A stretch of DNA of 64,000 nucleotides from Octopus sinensis (Eukaryota). Where the stretch lies: the NCBI RefSeq assembly GCF_006345805.1, contig NC_043009.1, positions 35,464,001 to 35,528,000 on the forward strand. The letters run 5' to 3'. The notes below the pieces were generated by a model. That model made no database searches and was not told the origin of the DNA. It saw nothing but the letters and a program-made list of their open reading frames with translations. Positions 13,082 through 25,869 of the stretch are shown in pieces. The position numbers and the translations under genes were made by a program. Positions within the stretch are counted from its first letter, which is position 1. Each line of letters opens with the position of its first letter.

Positions 13082-13663
13082 TGAGGCATTTATGTATAGT
13101 AATGCCCTTAATATAAATAAATATGTTTAAAGGGAATAACTAATAAATTTTTCCCTTACTACTTGCTAACTACTTGATAAATTCTTATAAAGATTTTATC
13201 CTACTATTAAATTGTAACTTTAACCGGAATATATTCAGTGCTGAATTTTATTCTGAATAAAGACGTGTACCGAGATGCAATTCGAAAGGCCCACGTCTTA
13301 CATAGATATATAAGTGTGAACAGTTCTATGTACTATGCTATATACATTTGGTGTTTGTCTGGTATGTTGATTTTTTGTTCATTTTTATGTGTCTTGATTA
13401 TATCTGCACTGAAGATTAAAAAGTGCATTGTGTGCACTAATTATGAAATGATATGTCTGCGGCTGAATCTGGATTTAAAAGGCTCGCTTCGAGAGCTGCA
13501 TTCCCTCGCGTTCGGTACAATGTGTTTATTATGGTAGTTTTGACTTTAAGAGTCCCTCGTAGCATGAGGCATTTATGTATAGTAATGCCCTTTGTATAAA
13601 TAAATATATTTAAAAGGAATAATTAATAAATTTTTCCTTTATGAGGTTTTTCACGCTAACTAC
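13082..13663 (+). mobile_element. Solo-LTR-like unit (TG...CA, 483 bp) followed by the start of a second copy
   Basis: TGAGGCATTTATGTATAGTAATGCCCT starts at 13082 and again at 13565, directly after ...GTAGCA (13564). Internal AATATATTCAGTGCTGA and AAGTGTGAACA motifs recur at ~37050-37140. Confidence 0.6.
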
Positions 13664-13670
13664 TTCACAT

Positions 13671-13714
<44 letters not shown>

Positions 13715-13845
13715 GAGTAAATAAATGGAGTTGAACGCAGATGCTATTCAAATTCTTTTACTTTCGACATACGTTTCGAAGACAAAGGAATAAACGTTGT
13801 AAAATGCAAATTCATTCATCCATTTATATATACATACACACACAC

Positions 13846-13926
<81 letters not shown>

Positions 13927-14399
13927 TATGAGTGTGTAAGTGCGTGTATGTTTGTGTGTGTGTTTATACGCACACAAACACACACGCGCACACACATTGC
14001 CCACCCAGACCCATTGCCACGCAGTTTGATTTAGAAATATGTGATCGCTTGATTCTTTTCTTAGTTATGAGCTGAATGGTCTTTACTTTCTAATCCTAGT
14101 CAGGACTTATACTCTTTTGTACAGACCCATCTTTTTATCCTATTTAAACTGTCTTATAACCTGCTACTGAAATGTCGGTATCTTCAACATACATGCCCAT
14201 GATCACTACAAGTGTATATTACATCTAGCGTTCTGTCTACGCCTCCAACTTCTTCTTGCAACTAGGTCATTAATACACAGCGAATTTTACTTATATATGT
14301 ACATATAAACGTAGCCTAACCTGAGCTTTATAATTGGTGATATTTATATTTACAAGAGTAAACAGTTAGATATGTTGGCTACCACGGCAAATCCACAGT

Positions 14400-15100
14400 C
14401 AGTTTTAACTGATAACCCAACATCTAACCGGCATGTGTTATACCAGTTTGACAATCTCTTGCTTAATACAATACGGATCTTAGCCAGACAGACGTCCTTC
14501 GAAGAAACTTTCAAGGAAGTGAATCCAGTTAATCAGTCACGAAGCTACTAATGCGACGGTATAAACCGACAGATCTGCGCGTAAATACATATCCATACAT
14601 ATCGGTTATGTCACTCTTCTGTAAAGGTCATAATACATGTAATCAGTGTGTCACCGGGAACTTCATGTTGCTGCTAAGATAATATGCATTGCTATTCGCA
14701 GAAAAGAGTGCGCTGGGATAAATATAAACAGGACCTTTGATATTGGACAGATATACGGATATCAACATAAAGGATTTAGGGGAATATCTCCATCAAGAAT
14801 TCTACCAAACCCGTTCACAACAGGCTCAACAGTTATTTGGGACAATATATAAATCATGTAGAGCCATTGAGGTTGTTTTGCTGATGTGAACATCTCTTAA
14901 AAAATCAGCGATGAGAATATCAATGGCTAACTGCTCTGGTAACAAATTCATCTTTCTAACAAAATCCCATGGGTTGACTTGCTTATGTTGCTAAACGTCT
15001 AAGAAGTATTCTGGAGAAGCTAAGATTCTCATACTAAGAGACTGACAAATTCATTCTTTAGTAAGTGGAATACTAAAATATGAAAGCCTTACTTAAAGTT
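14400..15100 (-). mobile_element. Very degenerate CR1/L2-like LINE RT remnant
   Basis: Minus strand gives EQLAIDILIADFLRDVH (VD.IY.DF.KAFD.V.H-like), GPVYIY, and LQKSDITDMYG (LQ.D-like); many stops. Confidence 0.4.
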
Positions 15101-15641
15101 CGAAATGTAAAAATTATCAATGCTGCTCTTCAAATTCCAGCAATGACAGTTCTATTTCTTTCTTAGAAACTTGTATCTTCCAGGCTAAATTCTAGCATAC
15201 AAAAGAAGCTTTAAATACATACCTAAATACATATATACATATAGTTACACACAGACACACGCAAACACACACATGTATAAACATATAGGCACGGATATGA
15301 AAAGGGGGTCCATATATATACATACAAAAAGCATAAATAAATTCATATATAAATCAATATCAATTTCGATGTTCGTTAGTAAATTGCTCCTAGACTACTT
15401 TAGTTTAGATTCTGTGTCTTGTAGGAGGAATTGTCAAGATTAAAAAAAAGAAAAGATGCTAGCATTTGATAGAAAATATGATTCCAGTGTTCTAAGTACA
15501 ACATTTACAATGGAAATATTAAATTAGACACAGCAATAAAATATATATATATTTGCGGGTGTATGTGATGTCCATCCACATTTCTTTATCATATATATAC
15601 ATGCATATTCATATATATAATATATGAGTAAATATATGGAA

Positions 15642-15705
<64 letters not shown>

Positions 15706-17011
15706 TACAAATTAAACCGACAAAAAATAATTATTGATTTTATGTAATTTTCGTTTTCGTTAAAAACAACTTTGAAGGTTGATTGACTTGATTGTTCTGT
15801 TATTTGATTGAATAATGTGATTTGTTGCTGCACTTCGCTTGTATTATACACACATACCTAGATACACACACACACACACACATACACACGCATATGTAGT
15901 TGCTCTTGTTGTAATTAGGCAATATATTAATTGACAGATTTATGTTTGTGAACACTCTCCATTATTAAACACTGCACCACTCGTACCACGTATTCATGTG
16001 TGTCTACGAGTATGTCTATATGTGAATGTCTTACATTTAAATATATTACATTTATAGACTCAAAAGCATACGCACGGATAGAAATAGAATGATAGTTTTT
16101 TTTATTATGTGATACGTAAATATAAATGTGCTCAATGAATCCTGGAAGATGTTCAGGCCTCTCTCTTTCTCTGTCTCATTTTCTACCCAGCTCCCTCTCT
16201 CATACATATGTGTGTGTGTGCGTGTATGTGTGTAACATAGGGCAATTAACTATTTGACGCAGTAGTAAAGTCTTGATAGTTCTGGACATGCTACGCCTAG
16301 TGCAATATTTCTTATGCATGGAGATTTAGCTTGTTTCATTTTAAAAATAAGAATATTGTTTGTTTTGGAACATCAGTATGTTGCTGCAAGATATTTTACA
16401 CTGATTATAATCTTGAGAGTAAAGCATTGATGCATCATGGATGAGAAATGGGATGTGCAGTACCTATGGGGCTGTTGTGTCTACTATCTTACTTTTTAGC
16501 ATTGTTGACAGATGACTTTTGCTACATCTGTCAACATAGTTCCCTGAACTTAAGAGAAATGTTTTCTAACACTGACATGATTGCATTAGCCTAAAGTTTG
16601 TACAAATATCTTCTAACCTCGCCGTGATGGCGATTCAGAAAAAAAATTAATAGCTCAACAGAAACTCAACGCGATGAGTTGTGGTTTGTGAATGTACATC
16701 AAAATAAAGTGACATTATAAAGCTTTAGTCCGGAACCTTCGCCTACGACTACTTCGCAAAGAAGAGAAACGAAAAAAAAAAAAAAGAAACTGCAGAAAAC
16801 TTGTCCGCGTAACCATTTAAAGACATCGTTTTGGTGATTTGCAAATGCAAGTAATTAAATAACTGACATTCTAGTAAGAGGTGTATTTTAAACAACACAT
16901 CCCTTCTTGTCGTAAATGATGTGCAACGTTAAAATCACTAGAACACAACTCTGTGTGTGCGCACACACGCGCGTGTTTGTGTGTGTGTATATGTGGATAT
17001 GTATATATATC

Positions 17012-17091
<80 letters not shown>

Positions 17092-17485
17092 CGTATAAAT
17101 ACATATGTATGCATGCTTATATACACCAAAGCGAGTAGCCATATCAATGTGGCAGTTGAATGATACTACTAGTTCACCCCCAGACAGATTCTCTGTCAGC
17201 TGGTTTTCGGTGTAACGCTCTCCACCTTTTATCTAAAACACGTCGCTAGCAGGGGGAGCGAACACCTACTAACCTCCAGCAGCTAACAGGATCGCGGGTT
17301 GGCCCAGTTTCGAGCTGTATATTACACGTTAGTTTTCTATCTCTTCTTGAGATTTTAGAACTATGCTTATATAGTTATAGATGTATGTATGCATGTATAT
17401 CTATGTATATATGCATGTATGTTTATATATATATATAGAGAGAGAGAGGAAGAGACAGAGGGAGAGTAAGAGAGAGAGAGAGGGA

Positions 17486-18717
17486 GACAAATTTGTTGCT
17501 GAAAATGCACCCAAATTTGTTTTGAAATAAATTAATTTTCATATACACCAAACTAGTTTCAATAATAGCTTTTGCTTATTAATGGTAAAAATTCAGAATT
17601 ATTAATTAGAAAAACATGTTTAAAATTTTCTATGTTGGCAAGTTCAAATGGCGCCAACAAAATATGAGATGGCACCAATCGCTCTAACTGTGGAACTTGC
17701 ATCTTCCTCTTAGAGGGCTCAACATATAAATTTGAGTCTGGTCAAACTTTTACTATAAAAAATCACTTCACCTGTGCTTCGAAGAACTTATGTTCCCAAA
17801 TGTGGAGGGTGTGGTGGAGACTACATAGGTCAAACTAGCTTAACCTTGAGGAACAGACTAACGGTGTACAGGGAACACATCCGGGACCCCACGACCAGGG
17901 AAATTCCTGTAAGCAAGCCCGTAGACCAATGCCCCGTAAACATAAACCCGAAATACCAAATTTTCCCTCTCTATCAATGCACCGGAGACACTTCAACCCA
18001 ATTCCGTTTAAATAAACCACTGCTGAATATCCTTTAGAAAGATATATAGCAAAGATATATAGAAAGATATATAGAAAAACATTAAAGAGAAAAAGGAAAA
18101 AGGCTCAATTTCTCCCCCCAAAATAACCAGGCAATTAAAAAAAATTAGTAACAGTCTTCCACCTGGGTTTTAATCTTTTAAGAGAATCAAACGACTGGAA
18201 CGGCTGATGACCGTTCCCCAGAGGGAATCCAACCAGGCAGAATGACAAACTTGATCACCAGAAAAATAACGTCACCAGTATTTTAACGAATCAAAAATCA
18301 GATCCCTTCGAGGAAACCATTATAATTCCAAAAGCGAAGATCACTGCACATGACGGAAAGAGAACCACAGAAAGTCTAAACCAAATCCCTTTTTTTTACT
18401 ATCTTCATTTCTCCATCTTAACGTAGTATCACTGAAACTTTAATGTTATTCATTTCTTGTCGACTACGACTAATACTATTGAAATTTGTACATTTAAACA
18501 AGTCCATCAACAGTTCTTATTTTATTGACTGTTATGAACATTTGAACTCGCCAACATTGAAACTTTTAAACATGTTTTTCTAATTCATAATTCTAAATGT
18601 TTGCCATTGATAAACAAAAAATATTGTTAACAAAAGTTTGTTATCTATGTAAATATATTTATTTTAAAACAGTTACAAGTTTTTCAGATTTGGGTGCATT
18701 TTCAATAACAAATTATC
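17486..18717 (+). mobile_element. Penelope-like 3' fragment (GIY-YIG) bounded by ~170-bp inverted terminal arms
   Basis: 17680-18040 reads CGTCIFLLEG...TIKNHFTCASKNL-YV.KCGGCGGDYIGQTSLTLRNRLTVYREHIRDP; 17486-17650 mirrors 18539-18717. Confidence 0.85.
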
Positions 18718-19077
18718 TATATTTTTTCCACCTTGGAAATACATCCCCTCTTTATATATATATATATATATTTATACACACACACATACACACACATATA
18801 TATATATATATATTGCTTTATTGTTCTAGTTTTATTTACTATACTTCATCATATAATTATTATTTACTATACTTTATCCCTAATCATACTCTAATCAATC
18901 TGTAAACCATTCACCCATGAATACAAAACATAAGCTGTAATATTTAGTCTGCTGAAATGAATTGATAGGTTCACATATAACCTCTCAAGGAACAAATTTA
19001 TTCTTCTGATGAAAATATGTTCACGTCATATAAATGCAAATTTAATGTACAAGCTTGTAATTAAATTATTGAATATT

Positions 19078-19280
19078 TGTTGTATCGCACGTTTGACGTA
19101 CGATATAACGGATAATAAATGACGTCCTCGCAAATCGTTCTACTCAAGATACACAATACTTGTAATTACACTCGACAATACGCAACTCTCGGCTTTACAT
19201 AGTTCACTGCATTTCTATTTATATTGTGGCACAGTCCATAAGGAGCCAACCAAATAGGGGTGTTCTACATCCACATAACA
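19078..19280 (-). mobile_element. 3' LTR (~203 bp) of the Gypsy element, with adjacent PPT
   Basis: TGTT...AACA termini; on the minus strand it is preceded directly by the purine-rich tract AAAAGGGAGAGC (19281-19292) just after the integrase stop. Confidence 0.75.
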
Positions 19281-19317
19281 GCTCTCCCTTTTGAAATTGG
19301 CTTCGTCCTTCTTTTAT

Positions 19318-22300
19318 TCATTTATTTATACTTTTATATTTATTATTTCCTTGGTGAGAAACTGGCAGATTTGTTTCTCTTGGCGTAATTTCCATCATTT
19401 CTGTATGTTTTCTTTTCCTGTTCGACCTACATGACGGTTCTGCTTTCACTTGTGGTTCTGGGACCTCGAACATGTCATACCATATATCCATTGGCTCATC
19501 TTGCCTTTCCTGACTTTTTATATATCTTTTCCTTAATTGGTTAAAAGGTCTTTTTTCACATTTTGGTCCTTTTACCATGTACGTCACATTACCCAGACGT
19601 CCCGTTATATTACCTTGTTTCCAGTCCTGTTTTCCATTTTTATATATTTTAAAACACACTTCGTCACCTGTGTTAAAAAAATTTGTTCTTCTTCCCGAAT
19701 TAAGCATTTTCTGATTATTACTCGACAACAATTTGTCAAACACAGAACGAATCTTTCTGGAGAACATTAAATCTGCGGGTGACCTACCCGACTCTGTATT
19801 TGTATTCGGTGTTATTCTGTACACATGTAAGAACTTTGTCATATTTCTATCTTCAAAAGTTTCCCGTCTGGTTTTTCTTAAGGTTCCCTTGAATGTGTCG
19901 ACGAATCTTTCCGCCAAACCCTCCGACTTTGGATGGTATGGCGGAGTTAACGCATGCTTCATCTGGACTGATTTACAGAATTTTTTGAACTCCTTCACCG
20001 TGAATTGTGTGCAATTATCTGACACGATCATATCGGGCACTCCATAACGAGCGAACAATTCTTCCAAGAAGTCAATAGTCACATTTGTGGTTAGCCTTGA
20101 ACATTTACACTCTTCACGCCATTTCGAATAGCTTTCCACCACGATGATATAATAAGAGCCATTTATTAGTTCTGCAAAATCCACATGCAGTCGAGACTAT
20201 GTTTTTGGTCACGGTTGTATCCACACTTGGGGTGCCTTTGCTGTCATAGCGCAACCCCTACATTGTTTTACGAGTCTCTCAATTTGTTTGTCCATATACG
20301 ACCAATACACGTAACTCCTCATGAACCTTTTCATCCGGGCCATTACCGGACGTCTTAAATGTAAGTTTTTCAATATTCTGTTTTGCAGTGCTTCAGATAT
20401 TACCACCTTTTGTGCATACAATAATACACTATCACATGCTGAATAATGATTTCAATCTGCTTTCCGCTCATTTAGTATTATTTTCCACATAATTTTTTTA
20501 TCTTGATTATGAACGTATCTTTTTCCCATGTTACCGGCAAATCACGTATTACATTGCACAAAATGTTCTTCAGCTCCATTTCTAGTTTTAACGATGCAAT
20601 CATCATGTCTACAAAAGGTTCTCTATATTTTGAAATTAGCATAGACAACCCGTCTGTGTGTCCCATTTTCTTTGATGGCAAAACCTCCATCTGATAATCA
20701 TAGTTCATCACGTTAATCCCTCAGCGCTGTAAACGGTTAGCTGAATACGTGGCGATTCTCTTTTTCGAACCGGAAATAGACAGTAACTTTCGGGGATCAG
20801 TCTGCAGTGTAAATTTCCTACCGTGTAGGAATTTATGAACTTTTTTTACTGCAAAAATTACTGATAAAGCCTTCTTTTCGACCTGGCTGTAGTTTTTTCT
20901 GCTACAAGAACACTTGATGCATATGCAGTAGATTTGATTTTACCATCATTAAATCTATACAATATCCCAACTCCTATACCATATTAACTGGTATCCGATG
21001 CAACAACTATTTTGAAGTTTGGGTCGAAATGAGTTAATGATAACCTTGATGTTAACCTTTTTTTTTAAATTCTTCGAATGCTTTCTGACATTCGTTTGTT
21101 CCATTTCGTGTATTTCTTCAACAAATTATTCAACGGCACTCTTAGCTCATATATTTTAGGTATGTACAACTGGTTATATCTTACCAAACCTAAATATGCT
21201 TGAAATGCTGTTTTGTTTGTGAGTGGACGCATATTTTTCTTATCGCGTCGAACCTAGAAGGGTCCCACTTTCGTTTGTTTTCATCGATCACATGTCCCAA
21301 GTACTTTGTTTATGTTCACTTACTTTAAATCCATAGTCGCTTACTCTTTTAAAGACATTTTTTATAGGTTCAATATGCTGGTCCCTCGATTCACTTTTGA
21401 TCAATATGTCATCCAAGTATGGGACCGCAAACTCACAATCTGCTAGCATAGTGTCCATCACTTGCTGAAATATTGCTTGTGAGACCGTAACCCCAAATGG
21501 CAGTCGTTTGAAACGGTACAGACCTTTGTGAGTATTAATTGTTAATACTTTAGCACATTCTTCGTCTACCAGTAATTGGATGTAGACCTTTAACAAATCC
21601 AGCTTGGAAACATTTTTCCCACCATTAGAGTCAGTAAATATTTCTTCTGGACTTGAAAGCGTATAACTAATTTTTTAAACAATCATTAAGACCTGTTGAG
21701 AAGTCCGCACATGCTCTTATTTCGTTGTTTTGCTATTTTACATATACAGTAGGAACCGCCCACTCTGAATAGTTTACTTTTTCAATTATCTCCATGTCTT
21801 CCAATATTTTTAGTTCTTTCTTAACTTGATTTAACGCTGGGAAATGCACATTCCTTTTCAGTTTGAACAACGGCATCGCTTTTTCTTTCAATTCAAACTT
21901 TGATTTTTTACACGTTCCAAGTTCCTTTGAGTACACATGAGGGCATGTCTTCTTTAATTTCGATTTTTCCGACGCATTATCTGACACTGACTGTGATACA
22001 TTCACCCATTCAATGGTAGATTACACAGTTCGAATTATTTCATTAAATCTGTGCCGAAGAGATTTATTGTATTTTTAGATACCATTATTTTACTTTTCTA
22101 CGTCACTTCTTTAAGTTTTTTTTCTGGCGAAATTTCGCCCAAGAATTGAACTCGTTCCCCTGACACACCGTGAGCTATCTTAGTAGTTGTTTTGTATACA
22201 GGCCTTCATATTTTAATCCATGTTACCAAATTAATTATCGATACGCTTGAACCGATATCTAATTGCATTATAGACCATATATTTTTACCGACACAAAATT

Positions 22301-22500
22301 TCGGTTTTCTATGTTATAGTTTATTTTTGTTGAGTAGACTTTCTTCGGTTTCGCATTTTTTACATTTCTCTTCAACCAGCATTTTGACTGTCTATGCCCA
22401 ATTTTACCGCACTTAATATATTTTTTTTTTATCTTTGAAGAGGCAATCTTTCTTAAGATGCAGGTCTCCGCTACCATAGCACGGTTTTAGATTTATATGT
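19318..22500 (-). mobile_element. Ty3/Gypsy LTR retrotransposon pol (K02A2.6-like), pseudogenised, 5'-truncated
   Basis: Domains in order: gag zinc knuckle KCGKIGHRQSKCW (22268-22477), protease-linker region, RT (RLPFG...YLDDILI, 21288-21596), RNase H, integrase Zn finger (RMKRFMRSYVYW...CRGC) and rve core (DFAE...GVPDMIVSDN.TQF...PPYHPKSEGLAERFV, 19318-20184); frameshifts throughout. Confidence 0.95.
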
Positions 22501-22537
22501 GTTTGTTTTCATTCAATACGTTGTTTACACGTTTGTA

Positions 22538-22586
<49 letters not shown>

Positions 22587-23135
22587 GTTATTATTAGTAT
22601 CATTTTTATTATTGTCTTCTATTTTGCTTGTATCTTCTTGAATGCTTATTATTTGTTATGACTGCGTATGTGATGAAGGGAACGCTGGAAAGTTTTTTTT
22701 TTTTTAAAGCCGTTAATAGATTTAACCTCAAATGCAATTTAGAGAAAGAGAAGTAAGCGAAAGAAAGAAATTGGCAGAAAACCAAGAGTAGAAAAATGTG
22801 GTGCGATAGATGAATGGGAATAAAGCTTAAAGGCATGGAAATATATTTAGTGGAAATAAAATGTAAGAAGACAGTTAAAGAAATGCACTAAGTTTATCCG
22901 GTTCGACATTTCTAGTTTCTATTCCTTTATTAACCCAATTATAGTCAACAAGGTACTCTGGTTCGCACACAACAAAACATGTCTCACCAGGAATAAAATT
23001 AATATCGTATTAGCCGCTAGAAAATCAATCATTAAGCTGTGGATCCGTAAAGATATACCTGACAGTTTTGATGTTACGATGGGAAGTTCTGATTCAGCAC
23101 AAATCACTGATTTGGATGGTATATATACCCTTTAT

Positions 23136-23444
23136 GGAGGCGCAATGGCCTAGTGGTTAGGGCAGCGGACTCGCGGTCGTAGGATCGCGGTTTCGATTCC
23201 CAGACCGGGCGTTGTGAGTGTTTATTGAGCGAAAACACCTAAAGCTCCACGAGGCTCCGGCAGGGGATGGTGGCGATCCCTGCTGTACTCTTTCGCCACA
23301 ACTTTCTCTTACTCTTTCTTCTGTTGGTCTGCTCGCTTAGCCAGCGGGGTGGCGTCATTTGAAGGCTAAAACAATGCGAACCGCATTGTGACCAGCGATG
23401 TGTAACAACATCTGATGGCCTGGTCGGTCACGGTGATCACGGTG
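23136..23444 (+). mobile_element. Intact tRNA-derived SINE family C with 13-bp TSD
   Basis: Head GGAGGCGCAATGGCCTAGTGGTTAGGG...GGTTTCGATTCCC (A and B boxes); tail (CACGGTGAT)2; TSD ATATACCCTTTAT at 23123-23135 and 23445-23457. Confidence 0.95.
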
Positions 23445-23839
23445 ATATACCCTTTATAAGATGGCTGCCCAATTCCCAAAATCATTGGATGTCTATATCG
23501 TGACAGTTGTTTACTCTACCTTACGCTTATTGTCCGATCGCCGTATACTGCATTAATATTCCTGCCACTTTCCTTTGCATTGTTGCCTTTATTGAACATA
23601 TAAAGCAAAATATGCCAAATATGCCTCTTTGTCATTATAGCTTTGAAAAGACCACTGTTAAAATTGAACTGCACTAAGAATAAAGACAAAGTAAAATTAC
23701 TACCTGCTCTTATAGCAACTTGATGCAGGTCCTTTATCCCTTCCCTTCCGACATTTATTTCATATAATTGAAAAAAACCGCATGATTTACGGGATGACCA
23801 AACATATATAGATGATAGAAGAAGTACTAAGGATTATAA

Positions 23840-23848
<9 letters not shown>

Positions 23849-23881
<33 letters not shown>

Positions 23882-23922
23882 TGATGATGATGATGATAAT
23901 AATAATAATAATAATAATAATA

Positions 23923-23967
<45 letters not shown>

Positions 23968-23990
23968 CAATAATAATAATAATAATCCTA
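23849..23990. repeat. (AAT)/(GAT) microsatellite
   Basis: Visible arrays. Confidence 0.95.
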
Positions 23991-24039
23991 CGGATTATTA
24001 ACAAATAATCCCTAGGATTGATTTGTTCGACTAAAATAC

Positions 24040-25010
24040 TTTAAGGCGGTACTCCAGCTGAAAAAGGTATAAGAATAAAAGAATATATAAATTTAGCATC
24101 ATCTGCGTAATAACATTGTACCGTGCTTTACAAAGCTCCTCAACAGGTATCGGTTGCTGTATGTTGCCATACCGCCGGAATTTTCCTTTTCCTGGATATA
24201 CCTGTGGATATCCGTTAGTGTCCAGAATATTCATACCCCAAACATTATAACACAAGAAGATTGATTGAACAGGCTTTAACCCAAATCATCATAATTTTTT
24301 CTATACATTAGTATTGCTGAGTGTTTCACACATTATAGACGCTATTGCATTAAATTGACCCAACAAACAGCTGTGCATCTACAAGTATTCAGGGGAATGG
24401 GGTTGAGGGCACAACTTGATCACCGATAGTTTCCCATACACTATTTCCAGAATTTTCTTGAGAAAGAGCACCACCGAAATACAAAGAAATACAAGTGGTA
24501 AAACATACCAAAAATAAATTTATAGATAAAAATCAAAAATATAAAATAAATACACCGGTCAAAATAAATTACAGGAACCAAGCATGAAAAATATAAAATA
24601 TAAAATAAAATAACCTCCTTATTCAGTCCATTCTTTAGCTTCGATGTGTCTCGGCTTTTATAAAGATAGATGAACCCCCAAAGATTAAGATGTCGCAGAT
24701 ATATTGACTGAAAGAATTTTTATCTCTTGTATTTGTAAGCGTTCGACTTCAAAGGATATTATTTGTACGTGGACATTACGCGAGCGCAAACTCACGTGTG
24801 TGTGTGTGTATGTTTGTGTGTACGTGTGTGTGTGCTTGTGTGTGCGCTTGTGTATGTATGCTTGAATATGTGTGTGCATAGGTATGTATGTTTTGATGTA
24901 TATAATCTCTTAATTATTTCAGTTTGTGTATTATTTAAGAATATCTATGGGAATTATCGGAATGAGAGTGGATAGTTATGCAGACAGATATGTTTGCGTA
25001 GTCACTTATA

Positions 25011-25050
<40 letters not shown>

Positions 25051-25560
25051 CACAAAGAAGGCCACGCACACATTCAGTGAGCGAGAAACACATACACATC
25101 TGTATGTGAATATCTGTGCGTGTGTGTGTGTGTCTGTTTGTCTCCCGTGAGTGAGTGAATGTATATACTTAAGTAAGTGTATACTTGTTTACGAATCCAT
25201 TTGCACGCGTGTATATAAAAAATACACACTTGCATCGAATAGGTTTTCTATTAAAATACATTGTCTCGAGAACGCAACTATGATCAAGTTTGATGCTTTT
25301 TATGGAGATATTTTCTATATTCATTAGTTTCTTAAAATTTGTTCAGAACAAAGACATTTCCAAATCCATCATCACCGTTGAAGAGGTTGAAGTGATGTTG
25401 TTGTATGTTACTCTCTCCTTAAAATTGGCATGACCTAAGTGACTGGTGTCGTTGCTAACGCTAGAATCTAGAATTTCACCGTCATTTGTGAAATAGCTTT
25501 GTTTCAGAGTGATTTCTATATACAAATGGAAGGGGACACAATAATTGATGACAAGTAATA
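24040..25560 (-). mobile_element. Fragmented Penelope-like RT remnant
   Basis: Collinear minus-strand pieces: LYIEITLKQSYFTNDG..HANF..MMDL (25343-25564; L..NYF.F.G / AN / DD-like), QIISFEVE..IKILSVNI..SSIFIKAETH (24660-24780; FT.E.E..FLD / YRKPTH-like), ILDTNGYP (24200). Confidence 0.55.
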
Positions 25561-25614
25561 ACACAAGTTACAATAATACATAGCATTGACAAACAGCTAT
25601 GACGTTGGATGGAT

Positions 25615-25622
25615 TGATAGAT

Positions 25623-25677
<55 letters not shown>

Positions 25678-25680
25678 TAT

Positions 25681-25766
<86 letters not shown>

Positions 25767-25810
25767 GGATTGATAGACAGACAGACATAGATACATACAT
25801 ATATATATAT
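25615..25810. repeat. (TA)/(GATA) microsatellite
   Basis: Visible arrays. Confidence 0.97.
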
Positions 25811-25869
25811 ACACTTACCAACACACGCGCATATATATAGTGAAAAATACTGTGAAAAATGAAGAAGAC

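Noticed and set aside
16503-16536. 12-bp perfect hairpin TGTTGACAGATG/CATCTGTCAACA
   Set aside because: Too short and isolated, with no Helitron CTRR end or other supporting context.
22919-23107. Hydrophobic 62-aa minus-strand ORF
   Set aside because: No start or splice context; the adjacent frame is broken by a SINE and stops; possibly LINE debris.
23136-23210. tRNA gene-like sequences (also at 34576, 9078, 52600)
   Set aside because: These are SINE heads: they continue into SINE bodies and tails and lack a proper acceptor stem and terminator.
25343-25520. Apparent terminal exon on the minus strand (EITLKQSYF...MSLF*)
   Set aside because: It fits degenerate PLE RT motifs and is collinear with further PLE pieces at 24660-24780 and ~24200.
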